Notes: generated by a model from the sequence alone, not told the origin. Shown: positions 17,560 through 28,981, counted from the stretch's first letter. The stretch: 47,670 nucleotides of DNA from Oscillospiraceae bacterium (GCA_035352555.1 DAOPXW010000003.1:1-47670); one strand, 5' to 3'. Program-made: numbers and translations.

Positions 17560-18117
17560 ATGGAATATCGTTTGCAGACTCCCGTATCCCGGGAGACGCT
17601 GGCCCCCCTGCGGGCGGGCGACACGGTGAAGCTCAGCGGCATGGTATATACCGCCCGGGACGCCGCCCACAAGCGGCTGACCGAGCTCATCCAACAGGGT
17701 AAGCCGCTGCCTTTCGAGCTGGCCGGCAGCGCCATCTATTATGTGGGCCCCACGCCGGAGCCGCCCGGGCGGATCATCGGCTCCGCCGGTCCCACGACCT
17801 CCGGCCGTATGGACGCCTATTCCCCGGCCCTGATCGACCGCGGCCAGCTGCTGATGATCGGCAAGGGGCGGCGCAGCGGCGCCGTGAAGGCCGCCATCGT
17901 CCGCGAGGGCGGCGTGTATCTGGCCGCCGTGGGCGGCGCGGGGGCGCTGATGGCGGAATGCGTCAAATCGGTTGACATAATCTTCTGGGAGGATCTGGGC
18001 TGCGAGGCGGTGCGAAAGCTCACGGTGGCGGATATGCCGCTGACCGTGGTTATCGACAGCCTGGGGAACGACCTGTACGACATCGGCCCGGCCAACTACC
18101 TGAATAGTCGGAAGTAA
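17560..18117 (+). CDS. Fe-S hydro-lyase beta subunit (fumarate/tartrate type)
   Basis: Has the blocks YTARDAAHKRL and GPTTSGRMD. It starts 9 nt after the alpha subunit. Confidence 0.85.
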   Translation: MEYRLQTPVSRETLAPLRAGDTVKLSGMVYTARDAAHKRLTELIQQGKPLPFELAGSAIYYVGPTPEPPGRIIGSAGPTTSGRMDAYSPALIDRGQLLMIGKGRRSGAVKAAIVREGGVYLAAVGGAGALMAECVKSVDIIFWEDLGCEAVRKLTVADMPLTVVIDSLGNDLYDIGPANYLNSRK

Positions 18118-18205
18118 AAAAATGGCAGCGGCCTTACCCTGAAGCGGGCGAGGCCGCCGCCTTACTGCCTGCAATCCGACCGAGATCTGTCGGGAGAACC
18201 CCTTT

Positions 18206-19270
18206 TTACTTGCTGAAGGCGGCAACCAGCGCTTCAAAGTCGGTATCGGTTTCCACGATGCCCAGTGAAACGGCCAGTTCCGTGAGCTCCTTTTCAAGGG
18301 CGTCGCTGAACTCCATGCCCTTCCCGCAGTTCTCCCTGAACTTTCTGAACTCAATTTCGCCGGGGAGAAAAATCTCATCGACGCCTTCGGCTTTTCGGCT
18401 GTCTTTCATCATTCGGATATACCGGTCCACATTCTTCTTGAAGTCGTCGATGGGCATGAATTTCGAGGGGTCGATGAGAATCATGAAAAAGCCGGTGTTT
18501 TCCTTTTCAAGCTTGGAGAAGAGGCCGATGTCCGAGCCGTAGGCCGCCCCGGAAAGCATGGTGCTGAGAGCGTCCACGATAACCGCGAGTCCGTAGCCCT
18601 TGTAATCCGCGATCGGGCAGAGTGAAAAAACCTTGGAAGGATCGGTGGTCATCTTTCCGTCGTAATCCTTCCCCCAGCCGGCGGGAACGGACTTCCCCTC
18701 GCGCTCGGCCGCCTGTATTTTGCCCATGGCCACGTTGGTGGTGGAAATATCCATCACGATGGGAAATTCCTCCGATGAGGGAACCGCCGCAATAATGGGG
18801 TTTGTGCCGATCAGCCTGTCCGCCCCGCCGAAGGGGGAGGAAAAGGCATAGGTGTTGCATCCGAGGATGCAGATGACATCATCCTTCGCCGCGCGCCACC
18901 CGTAATAGGAGCCGCAGCCTATGTTGGCGTTGTGCCTTCCGGAGGCAAAGGAAATGCCGTACTCTCTGGCCTTGACGAGAGCTTCGTCGTAGGCCTTATT
19001 GACCGAGACAATGCCGAAGCCGTTGTCCCCGTCAAATACGAGAAGCGCTTTGTCGTCCAGAATCTTTTTGAATTCCGCGTCCTTGTTCAGCGCGCCGACC
19101 TTGATCTGGCGCATATATCTTGTGAGCCTTGACAGGCCGTGGGAGTACACTCCCGTGAAATCTGAATGGGCGATCACCCTTGCTATGACAGCGGCATCGG
19201 CGTCGGAGAACCCGGAAGCGGAGAGAATGCCATGGACAAGATTTTTTTCCTGATCATAAGTGAGCAGCAT
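18206..19270 (-). CDS. Ldh_2-family (malate/L-lactate/sulfolactate-type) NAD(P)H oxidoreductase
   Basis: Has the VYSHGLSRLTRY block typical of the family. Start set at MLLTYDQ. The gene is visibly more AT-rich than its neighbours. Confidence 0.85.
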   Translation of the reverse strand: MLLTYDQEKNLVHGILSASGFSDADAAVIARVIAHSDFTGVYSHGLSRLTRYMRQIKVGALNKDAEFKKILDDKALLVFDGDNGFGIVSVNKAYDEALVKAREYGISFASGRHNANIGCGSYYGWRAAKDDVICILGCNTYAFSSPFGGADRLIGTNPIIAAVPSSEEFPIVMDISTTNVAMGKIQAAEREGKSVPAGWGKDYDGKMTTDPSKVFSLCPIADYKGYGLAVIVDALSTMLSGAAYGSDIGLFSKLEKENTGFFMILIDPSKFMPIDDFKKNVDRYIRMMKDSRKAEGVDEIFLPGEIEFRKFRENCGKGMEFSDALEKELTELAVSLGIVETDTDFEALVAAFSK

Positions 19271-19576
19271 AATGATTGGTCCTTTCAATCTATAAAAAAT
19301 ATAAAGTGTTTCGACACCATCGGACGGCCCTCGCCGCAGCAGCGAAAATGCGGCGATGCCCCTTACCGCAGCATTCTATCATAAAATTTCTCTGAAATAC
19401 ACTCCAACCTTCCTATCTTTGAAAAACAATCGGCGGACTTCATTGAGGAATTTTTTTCTTCTGACCACCTATAGCGAAATGCTATGAGCCTATTGAAACA
19501 TGGGTCTTCTCAAACGCGAAAAATAAAGCTACAATGAATCCAATAGTGAAAATATATCTATTAATAGGAGGCGCTT

Positions 19577-20755
19577 ATGTTCAACCAGTATACTTATGGT
19601 CTCGGCACCACCCGGTCCTGCATAAGAGAGCTGTTCGAGTATGGTCTCAGACAGGCCGCCGTCGTGGGCAAGGAAAAGGTCTACGACTTCAGCATCGGCA
19701 ACCCCAGCATCCCGTCCCCCGCGAAGGTGAACGAATCCATCGTCGATATCGTCAGGACCGAGGATAGCCTTGCCGTCCACGGCTACACCAGCGCCCCCGG
19801 CTATGACGGTGTGCGCAGGGCCGTGGCCGATGATCTCACCGCGCGCATGGGCATGGAGATTAAGCCTTCCAACCTGTACTTCACCTGCGGCGCGGCCCCC
19901 GCGCTGGTCACCGTGTTCCGCGCGCTGAACATCGGCCCGGAGACGGAGATCCTGGCCGTTGCACCATTCTTCCCGGAGTACCGTCCCTTTGTGGAAGGCA
20001 CCGGCAATGTGTTCAAATTCGTCCCCGCCGACACCAAGGCCTTCCAGATTGACCTTGAAACACTGGGAAAAATGCTCACCGCCAATACCCAGGCCGTGAT
20101 CATCAATTCCCCCAACAACCCCTCCGGCGTGGTGTTCAGCCGGGAAACGCTGGAAGAGCTCTCCGCCATCCTCACCAGAAAGTCCGCCGAGTTCGGCCAT
20201 CCCATCTACCTTATCTCCGACGAGCCCTACCGCGAGCTGGTCTATGGCGGGGTCACCGTCACCTGGGTGCCCTCCGTATACAAGGATGCCGTCGTGTGCT
20301 ATTCCTATTCCAAATCCCTGTCCCTCCCCGGCGAGCGTCTCGGCTATATCTGCATCCCCGATCAGGTCACCGACAGCGGGGAGCTGTTCGCGGCCTGCGC
20401 CGGGGCGTCCCGCATCCTGGGCAGCGTCTGCGCCCCGTCCCTCATCCAGCGCACCGTGGCCCGCTGCGCGGGCGAGCGGCCCGACCTGCGCGCCTATGAC
20501 GAGAACCGGACCATCCTCTACGAGGGCCTGCGCAAAATCGGCTACGAATGCGCCAAACCCGACGGCGCGTTCTATCTGTTCGTCAAGGCCCCCGGCGGCG
20601 ACGCCAAGGCCTTCTCCAATAAGGCCAAGGCCAAAAATCTGCTCATTGTCCCGTCGGACGATTTCGGCGTGCCCGGCTATTTCCGCCTGAGTTACTGCGT
20701 GGCGAAAACGACCATCGAAAATTCGCTGCCCGTGTTCGCGGAGATTTTCGAATAA
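19577..20755 (+). CDS. Class I/II PLP aminotransferase (aspartate/alanine type)
   Basis: Has FSIGNPSIP, NNPSG and the PLP-lysine block SYSKSLSLPGERLGY. AGGAGG RBS present. Confidence 0.9.
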   Translation: MFNQYTYGLGTTRSCIRELFEYGLRQAAVVGKEKVYDFSIGNPSIPSPAKVNESIVDIVRTEDSLAVHGYTSAPGYDGVRRAVADDLTARMGMEIKPSNLYFTCGAAPALVTVFRALNIGPETEILAVAPFFPEYRPFVEGTGNVFKFVPADTKAFQIDLETLGKMLTANTQAVIINSPNNPSGVVFSRETLEELSAILTRKSAEFGHPIYLISDEPYRELVYGGVTVTWVPSVYKDAVVCYSYSKSLSLPGERLGYICIPDQVTDSGELFAACAGASRILGSVCAPSLIQRTVARCAGERPDLRAYDENRTILYEGLRKIGYECAKPDGAFYLFVKAPGGDAKAFSNKAKAKNLLIVPSDDFGVPGYFRLSYCVAKTTIENSLPVFAEIFE

Positions 20756-20798
20756 AAAAGCTCCGCCGCCCGAGGTACCTTCGGGCGGCGGAAAAAAA
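20756..20798. terminator. Bidirectional terminator
   Basis: TCCGCCGCCCGA / TCGGGCGGCGGA stem flanked by A-runs on both sides. Confidence 0.75.
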
Positions 20799-21674
20799 TC
20801 AGGCCGGGGGCACCGCGCCGCGCAGGCAGGCGATGAATTCCCGCAGCAGATGGCTGGACTGGCGGGTGGATTTCACCACAATGCCCAGCTCCCGGCAGGA
20901 CGGCGGCGACAGCCGCGCCAGCGACAGACTGCTGGTGCTGCCCTTGAGCACCAGCTCCGACAGAATGCTGACGCCCAACCCCTGCTCCACCATTTTGATC
21001 ACGGCCTGATCCTCCATGGCGATCAGCGAAAACTGCGGTGTCACTCCGTGGCGCTGGAGGGTGCGCAGAATATCCAGATCCATGCCGTAGCTGGGCATCA
21101 GAAAATTCTGCCCCTCAAAATTGTGGATATCGTAGGTATCGCCCACCGCGGAGGTGGGCGGCAGAACAGCGTAATACGGGTCGTCGAACAGCGGAATGAA
21201 TTCCAGATCGCCGGCAAAATTATTGCTGGCAAGGCCGATATCCACCGAGCCCTCCGAAACCCACTTTTCGATCTCGCCGCCGGCGCCGTCCTTGATTACC
21301 AGCTTGGATTGCGGGTGCTGCTCGTTGAAGCGGCGCAGGATCACCGGCAGCCAGCTGCGGGAGATGCTGGTGTAGGAGGCCACCCGCAGGACGTCCTCGC
21401 CGTTGCGGCGGACGTCGCGCACAGCGCTTTCAAATTCCGCATAGCTCTCAAGCACCCGGTCGATCGCCGGCAGCAGCTCCCGCCCCCGGGCGGTGAGCAC
21501 CACACCGCTGCTGCCGCGCTCCAGCAGGGCAAAGCCCACCTCGTCCTCCAGCCGGTTGAGCATACCGGTGAGACCCGGCTGGGAATAGCCCATCTTTTCG
21601 GCGGCCTTGCTGATGCTGCCCAGACCGGCCACAGCCTTGAGCATTTCAAGTTTCTTCGTATCCGTATATATCAC
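20799..21674 (-). CDS. LysR-family transcriptional regulator
   Basis: Has the HTH block ISKAAEKMGYSQPGLTGMLNRLE and a LysR substrate-binding fold. The start codon is uncertain: either GTG at 21674 or the ATG 30 nt downstream. Confidence 0.9.
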   Translation of the reverse strand: MIYTDTKKLEMLKAVAGLGSISKAAEKMGYSQPGLTGMLNRLEDEVGFALLERGSSGVVLTARGRELLPAIDRVLESYAEFESAVRDVRRNGEDVLRVASYTSISRSWLPVILRRFNEQHPQSKLVIKDGAGGEIEKWVSEGSVDIGLASNNFAGDLEFIPLFDDPYYAVLPPTSAVGDTYDIHNFEGQNFLMPSYGMDLDILRTLQRHGVTPQFSLIAMEDQAVIKMVEQGLGVSILSELVLKGSTSSLSLARLSPPSCRELGIVVKSTRQSSHLLREFIACLRGAVPPA

Positions 21675-21727
21675 CTATTTCATTTTGCTATGGAGTTACT
21701 ATATCACAAATCTATGGAGCGGACAAG

Positions 21728-22426
21728 ATGGCACAGTCTTTTGAAAAACTTCTGGATGAGCGGCACAGCGTGGTGCTGCTGGGCGAGGCCGGCTGCGGCA
21801 AAAGCGAGATCGCGCTGAATCTGGCCGCGGCCATGGCCGCGACACGGGAAACGCACCTGTTCGACATGGACCAGACCAAGCCGCTGTACCGCTCCCGGGA
21901 TGCGAGGGACGCCATGGAAAAAATCGGCGTTGCCTTTCACTATGAGCGGCAATTTTTCGACGCGCCCACCCTGGCCGGCGGCGTGGCGGAGAGCCTGAAC
22001 GACCCCGGCCGCTTCACGATTCTGGATGTGGGCGGCAACGACACGGGGGCCCGGCTCATCGGCGGTTTTTCAAAGCTCCTCGACAGGGACGGCACGCTGG
22101 TGCTGTATGTGGTCAACCCCTACCGCCCCTGGTCGAAGGACACCGCTTCCATCGACCGCACGCTGTCCGCCATTTTGCAGGTATCGCATCTCAGACACTT
22201 TTCCATCATTTCAAACCCCAATCTGGGGTTTGAAACCACGGCGGAGGAATTCGCCGCCGGTATAGAAAGCACCAGACAGATGCTGGAGCGGTATGTCCCC
22301 GTGGCGGGCGCCTGCGTCCGGGAGGAAATCTATCCCGACGCCGCGGCGCTGACTACGCTGCCGCTGCTGCCCCTGCATCTCTATCTCACCTATGAATGGA
22401 ACAACGAAAACAAGGAGGAAATCTGA
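21728..22426 (+). CDS. SIMIBI-like P-loop NTPase of unknown role
   Basis: Walker A-like GEAGCGKS and a Walker B-like FTILDVGGND. Its stop overlaps the start of the ferredoxin subunit (TGATG). Confidence 0.65.
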   Translation: MAQSFEKLLDERHSVVLLGEAGCGKSEIALNLAAAMAATRETHLFDMDQTKPLYRSRDARDAMEKIGVAFHYERQFFDAPTLAGGVAESLNDPGRFTILDVGGNDTGARLIGGFSKLLDRDGTLVLYVVNPYRPWSKDTASIDRTLSAILQVSHLRHFSIISNPNLGFETTAEEFAAGIESTRQMLERYVPVAGACVREEIYPDAAALTTLPLLPLHLYLTYEWNNENKEEI

Positions 22427-22629
22427 TGGCTGAAGTCAAGATCAGGGCGGAGAGCTGCAAGAGCTGCGGCTATTGCGTGCATTTCTGCCCCAAAGGCGTA
22501 CTGGAAATCGGCACGCAGGTCAATTCCAAGGGGTATCCGTATGTGACGGCGGCCCATCCGGAGAAGTGCATCGGCTGCGCCATGTGCGCCAATATGTGCC
22601 CGGATGTCGCCATCGAAGTGTATCGATAA
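22426..22629 (+). CDS. 2-oxoacid:ferredoxin oxidoreductase delta (2x[4Fe-4S]) subunit
   Basis: Two CxxCxxCxxxCP motifs: CKSCGYCVHFCP and CIGCAMCANMCP. Confidence 0.85.
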   Translation: MAEVKIRAESCKSCGYCVHFCPKGVLEIGTQVNSKGYPYVTAAHPEKCIGCAMCANMCPDVAIEVYR

Positions 22630-22644
22630 GGGAGGCGGACGGTT

Positions 22645-23721
22645 ATGAAAGACAAAGTTTTTCTCAAGGGCACCGAGGCTGTCGCCGAGGCCGCCGTGCG
22701 CGCGGGCTGCCGCTTCTACGCGGGTTATCCCATCACCCCGCAGAACGAGATCCCCGAATACCTCTCCCGCCGGCTGCCCGAGGTGGGCGGCGTATTCGTG
22801 CAGGGCGAGAGCGAACTGGCTTCCATTAATATGGTCTACGGCGCCGGGTCCAGCGGAACACGCGCCATGACCTCGTCTTCCAGCTGCGGCATCAGCCTGA
22901 TGAGCGAGGGCGTGAGCTTCTGCGCTTCGGCCCGCATCCCCATCGTCTACTGCAATATGGCCCGCGGCGGCCCCGGCATCGGTTCCATCCAGCCCGCCCA
23001 GCAGGACTATAATCAGGCCACCAAGGCCAGCGGCAACGGCGGCTTCCGCATGAGGGTGCTGGCGCCGTCCACCGTGCAGGAGGCCGTGGACATGACCTAC
23101 GCCGCCTTCGATTATGCCCAGCGGGACCGCAATCCCGTGCTGGTGCTGGGCGACGGCGTTCTGGGCACCATCATGGAGCCGGTGAAGCTGCCTCCCATGC
23201 GCTCCGCGGAGGAAGTGAAGGCCCTCAAGGACGAGTGCCGCTCCTGGGCGCTGGTAGGCCACGATCCCGCCGAAGGCCGCTCCTTCATCGCCCCGGGCCA
23301 CTGGTCCACCAAAGATCAGGAGCAGACCTGTATCGACGGCGCGGCCCTGTACGAATCATGGAAGAAGGACGCGCAGGCGGAAGAGTATTTTCTGGACGAC
23401 GCCGAGATCGTGCTGACGGCCTACGGCATCTGCGGCCGTATCGCCCGCTCCGCCGTGACCCTTCTGCGCCGGGAAGGCATCAAAGCCGGGCTCATCCGGC
23501 CGATGACCCTCTCCCCGTTCCCGTATGAGAGCTATGAAAAGCTGGATTTCGGCCGCGTCAGGGCCATTCTCGACGTGGAGATGTCCATTCCCGCCCAGAT
23601 GGCGGACGACGTCCGCCTGGCTGTCCGCCAGCGCTGCCCCATTGGGACATGTCTGCACGCGGGCGGCGAGATCATGGGCCGGAACGAAGTGATGGCCAAA
23701 GCCAGAGCGCTGGTCAGGTAA
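22645..23721 (+). CDS. 2-oxoacid:ferredoxin oxidoreductase alpha subunit (VorB/KorA/PorA type)
   Basis: N-terminus is LKGTEAVAEAAVRAGCRFYAGYPITPQNEI. The subunit size is typical. Confidence 0.9.
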   Translation: MKDKVFLKGTEAVAEAAVRAGCRFYAGYPITPQNEIPEYLSRRLPEVGGVFVQGESELASINMVYGAGSSGTRAMTSSSSCGISLMSEGVSFCASARIPIVYCNMARGGPGIGSIQPAQQDYNQATKASGNGGFRMRVLAPSTVQEAVDMTYAAFDYAQRDRNPVLVLGDGVLGTIMEPVKLPPMRSAEEVKALKDECRSWALVGHDPAEGRSFIAPGHWSTKDQEQTCIDGAALYESWKKDAQAEEYFLDDAEIVLTAYGICGRIARSAVTLLRREGIKAGLIRPMTLSPFPYESYEKLDFGRVRAILDVEMSIPAQMADDVRLAVRQRCPIGTCLHAGGEIMGRNEVMAKARALVR

Positions 23722-23733
23722 GGAGGGAACACA

Positions 23734-24471
23734 ATGGAAAAAGTATATGCGAGAACCGGCGCGCTCCGCGCCGACATGGTCTCCGGCTTTTGCCCCGGCT
23801 GTATGCACGGCACCGTGCACAAGCTCATCGGCGAGGTGCTGGAGGACCTGAATATTGTGGACAGGACCGCCTGCGTTTTTGGCGTGGGCTGCTGCGGCCT
23901 CGGCATGGGCTACATCACCTATGACAACACCACCGCGCCCCACGGCAGGGCCTGCGCCGTCGCCACCGGCGTCAAACGGACGAACCCGGACACCATCGTC
24001 TACACCTACCAGGGCGACGGCGATCTGGCCTCCATCGGCCTTGCGGAGACCATGACCGCCGCCAACCGCGGCGAGAACATCACCGTCATCTTCATCAACA
24101 ACGGTATCTACGGCATGACCGGCGGCCAGATGGCCCCAACTACCCTTGTGGGCATGAAGGCCACCACCGCGCCCGACGGCCGCGACCCCAAGATTCACGG
24201 CTATCCCATGCATATGTGTGAGATTCTCAACCAGCTCACCGCCCCGACGTATCTGGAGCGCGTCAGCTGCAATACGCCGGCGAACGTCATCAAGACCCGC
24301 GCGGCAATCAAAAAAGCCTTCCAGAACCAGATCGACGGCAAGGGCTTCTCTCTGGTGGAGATCGTCACCAGCTGCCCCACCAACTGGGGTCTGGAGCCGC
24401 TGGACGCCCTCAGGTTTCTTGAGGAAAAGATGTTCGCCGAATATCCCCTCGGCGTCATCCGCGACAGATAA
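23734..24471 (+). CDS. 2-oxoacid:ferredoxin oxidoreductase beta (TPP-binding) subunit
   Basis: TPP motif GDGD...NNGIYGMTGGQ, plus the Cys residues CPGC. Confidence 0.9.
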   Translation: MEKVYARTGALRADMVSGFCPGCMHGTVHKLIGEVLEDLNIVDRTACVFGVGCCGLGMGYITYDNTTAPHGRACAVATGVKRTNPDTIVYTYQGDGDLASIGLAETMTAANRGENITVIFINNGIYGMTGGQMAPTTLVGMKATTAPDGRDPKIHGYPMHMCEILNQLTAPTYLERVSCNTPANVIKTRAAIKKAFQNQIDGKGFSLVEIVTSCPTNWGLEPLDALRFLEEKMFAEYPLGVIRDR

Positions 24472-24485
24472 GGAGGCGCACTGCG

Positions 24486-25037
24486 ATGGAAAGAAATCTG
24501 ATGGTCGCCGGCTTCGGCGGACAGGGCGTCATGCTGCTGGGCAAGCTCCTTAGCTACGCCACCTGCGAATCCTCGGACTATAACGTCACCTTTTTCCCGT
24601 CCTATGGCGCGGAGCAGCGCGGCGGCACCGCCAACTGTTATGTGGTCATCTCCGACGAGCCTATCGGCGCGCCTCTGGGCGACGCCATGGACGACCTCAT
24701 CGTGATGAATGCCCCTTCGCTGAACAAATTTCTCTACAAGCTGATGCCGGGCGGCACGCTGTTTATCAACAGCTCCATTGTCACTGACGAGATCCCCCGC
24801 GCGGATATCAAGGTCGTGCGCGTGCCCGTTACGGAGCTGGCACTGGAGATGGGCAGCGCCAAGGTGCTGAACATCGTCATGCTGGGCGCGTATATCGGCT
24901 ACACCGGCTGCCTGCCCGAGGAGCTGGTGCTGGACACCCTTGTGCGCAAGCTGGGCAAGAAGGCCGACCTGATCCCGCTGAACAGGGAGGCCTTTGCCAA
25001 AGGTCTTGAGATCGGCAGGAAAGCTGCCGATGCGTAA
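24486..25037 (+). CDS. 2-oxoacid:ferredoxin oxidoreductase gamma subunit
   Basis: Has GFGGQGVMLLGKLL...YGAEQRGG, typical of gamma subunits. Confidence 0.9.
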   Translation: MERNLMVAGFGGQGVMLLGKLLSYATCESSDYNVTFFPSYGAEQRGGTANCYVVISDEPIGAPLGDAMDDLIVMNAPSLNKFLYKLMPGGTLFINSSIVTDEIPRADIKVVRVPVTELALEMGSAKVLNIVMLGAYIGYTGCLPEELVLDTLVRKLGKKADLIPLNREAFAKGLEIGRKAADA

Positions 25038-26211
25038 ATCCCGCTGGAGCTTTGTTCTCGCCGGCGTGGGCGTTCTGCTTCTCGCCGGCGTTGTGTACGC
25101 CTGGAGCGTACTTTCCGTCTCCATCGCCCAGGAGTTTCCCGACTGGTCCCGGGCCAAGCTGTCCCTGACCTTCACGCTGCTGATGGCCTTTTTCTGTATC
25201 GGTCAGATCAGCTGCGGCTTCGTGGGCGCCCGAATGAAGCCCCGTACCGGCATTTGGCTGGGCGGCACGCTGCTGCTGGCGGGTTTTGTTGTGTCGGCCA
25301 GAATGTCCTCCATCGCCATGCTCTATCTGGGCTTTGGCGTGCTGGGCGGCTTCGGTTCCGGCTTCGCCTACATCGCGGTGATGAGCTCCGTGGTGAAATG
25401 GTTCCCGGAAAAGCGGGGGTTGGTGTCCGGTATTCTGCTGATGGGCTTCGGCTTATCCAGTTTTCTCATCGGTAAGCTCTTTCAGGCCTGGACGCCCGCC
25501 GTGGCGGGCGCGTGGCGCGCCTCCTTTCTGGTGCTGGGCGCGGTGACCTTTGCCGTGCTTTTCGTGTGCGGCTTCTTTGTCCGTCGCCCCATAGAAACGG
25601 AAAAGAGCGGGGGAGAAGGACTGACCACGGGACAGATGCTGAAGAAGCCCAAGTTCTGGTTTTACTATCTGTGGGAGCTGATGCTGACGGCCGCCGGTTT
25701 GATGATTATTTCTCAGGCCAGCGGCATCACCGCGGATGCGCTGCCCGCCGTCTCCGCGGGGGCGGCGGCCACACTGGTGGGCCTGATCTCCATCGCCAAC
25801 GGGCTGGGTCGGGTGCTGTTCGGCACATTGTACGACAAGGCTGGGCGGCGTGTTTCCATGCTGCTCATCTGCCTGTGCTTCGCCGCTGCCATGGGCTTGC
25901 TGCTCGCGGCGGTAAAGACCTCCGGCACGGCCGTGCTGACCTGCGCGTTCATTCTGCTGGGTCTGGGCTACGGCGGCATCCCCGTATGCAACTCCGCCTT
26001 TATCGGCGCCAGCTTCGGCATGGCCCATTATCAGACCAATTTCCCGGTGTGTAACTCCGCCATGCTCCCCGCCTCCTTCGGCGGCACCCTCGCGGGCGCG
26101 CTGTACGACGGGGCCGGCGCTTATTCCGGCGTGTTTCTGGTGATCCTGGCCTTCGCAGCCGTGGGGCTGCTCTGCTCCGGCGGCATCACGGCGCTGGACC
26201 GCACAAAGTGA
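25030..26211 (+). CDS. MFS transporter, oxalate/formate-antiporter (OFA)-like
   Basis: About 12 TM helices. The N-terminus RWSFVLAGVGVLLLAGVVYAWSV is typical of OFA-family proteins. The start overlaps the gamma subunit stop by 8 nt. Confidence 0.8.
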   Translation: MRKSRWSFVLAGVGVLLLAGVVYAWSVLSVSIAQEFPDWSRAKLSLTFTLLMAFFCIGQISCGFVGARMKPRTGIWLGGTLLLAGFVVSARMSSIAMLYLGFGVLGGFGSGFAYIAVMSSVVKWFPEKRGLVSGILLMGFGLSSFLIGKLFQAWTPAVAGAWRASFLVLGAVTFAVLFVCGFFVRRPIETEKSGGEGLTTGQMLKKPKFWFYYLWELMLTAAGLMIISQASGITADALPAVSAGAAATLVGLISIANGLGRVLFGTLYDKAGRRVSMLLICLCFAAAMGLLLAAVKTSGTAVLTCAFILLGLGYGGIPVCNSAFIGASFGMAHYQTNFPVCNSAMLPASFGGTLAGALYDGAGAYSGVFLVILAFAAVGLLCSGGITALDRTK

Positions 26212-26217
26212 AAAATG

Positions 26218-26245
26218 ACGCGGCGGTTCAGGTGAACCGCCGCGT
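26218..26245. terminator. Hairpin terminator between convergent genes
   Basis: ACGCGGCGGTT...AACCGCCGCGT. The T-run is better on the minus strand. Confidence 0.55.
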
Positions 26246-26256
26246 TTCCCTATTCA

Positions 26257-26625
26257 TCACCGGCGTCGGGGGGGGACTTCCTCCTCGGGTACGGCAATCT
26301 CCTTGATCAAAAATTCGCCGCCGCTGAGCAGCTCGTAGTCCTTGCTGCCGCAGTGAGGGCACTCACATCGGAATTTCACCGGATCATAGACCCGGCGGCA
26401 GCTTCGGCATTTGCCCCGGGCGGGGATGGTCTCAATCTCCAGCTCGGAGCCCTCCAGAATCGTGCCCTCGCAGGCGGGGGCGTAGACCTCCCGGATGAAC
26501 ATGGGCACAACGGAGGAGCTCTCCCCGATCGCCAGAACCACCTTCTGCACATGGCGGATACCGTTTTCCGCAGCCAGCGTCTCCACCCGCTTGATCACTT
26601 CAAAAACAAGGCCCAGCTCGTGCAT
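26257..26625 (-). CDS. hypA: Hydrogenase/urease-type nickel metallochaperone HypA
   Basis: Has the N-terminal MHE nickel motif and the Zn site CRSC...CECPHC. It has its own promoter: TTGACA, 17 nt, TATGCT on the minus strand. Confidence 0.8.
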   Translation of the reverse strand: MHELGLVFEVIKRVETLAAENGIRHVQKVVLAIGESSSVVPMFIREVYAPACEGTILEGSELEIETIPARGKCRSCRRVYDPVKFRCECPHCGSKDYELLSGGEFLIKEIAVPEEEVPPRRR

Positions 26626-26714
26626 CTTTCTTCTCCTTAATCTGTTCTGGGAAAAGCATACAGGCTTTGGGCTGCAATGTCAATCCGCGCAGGCGCCTCC
26701 TTGAGGAGAGACGC

Positions 26715-26750
26715 AAAAAAGCTCCCCGTCCGGCGGACGGGGAGCTTTTG
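26715..26750 (-). terminator. Rho-independent terminator of the pyrophosphatase gene
   Basis: GCTCCCCGTCC / GGACGGGGAGC stem. On the minus strand it is followed by TTTTTT. Confidence 0.85.
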
Positions 26751-26757
26751 TTTGAAA

Positions 26758-28761
<2,004 letters not shown>

Positions 28762-28981
28762 AACACAACTCACTCCTACTTAGTAAATACTTTTGCGCCG
28801 GTATACCCCAGCGCATTTATGTATTTTATACTATAACCGGCAAAAAAGCAATTTAAATCTGCCTCGGTTTCGTGTAATATCTACAAATTTATTGAAAGTC
28901 ACGAAAGTAAAGCCCAAAACACCGACCGGCTATACAAAATCCACAAGATAAGTCAATTTATTATCAAATTCGAAAAAGGTG

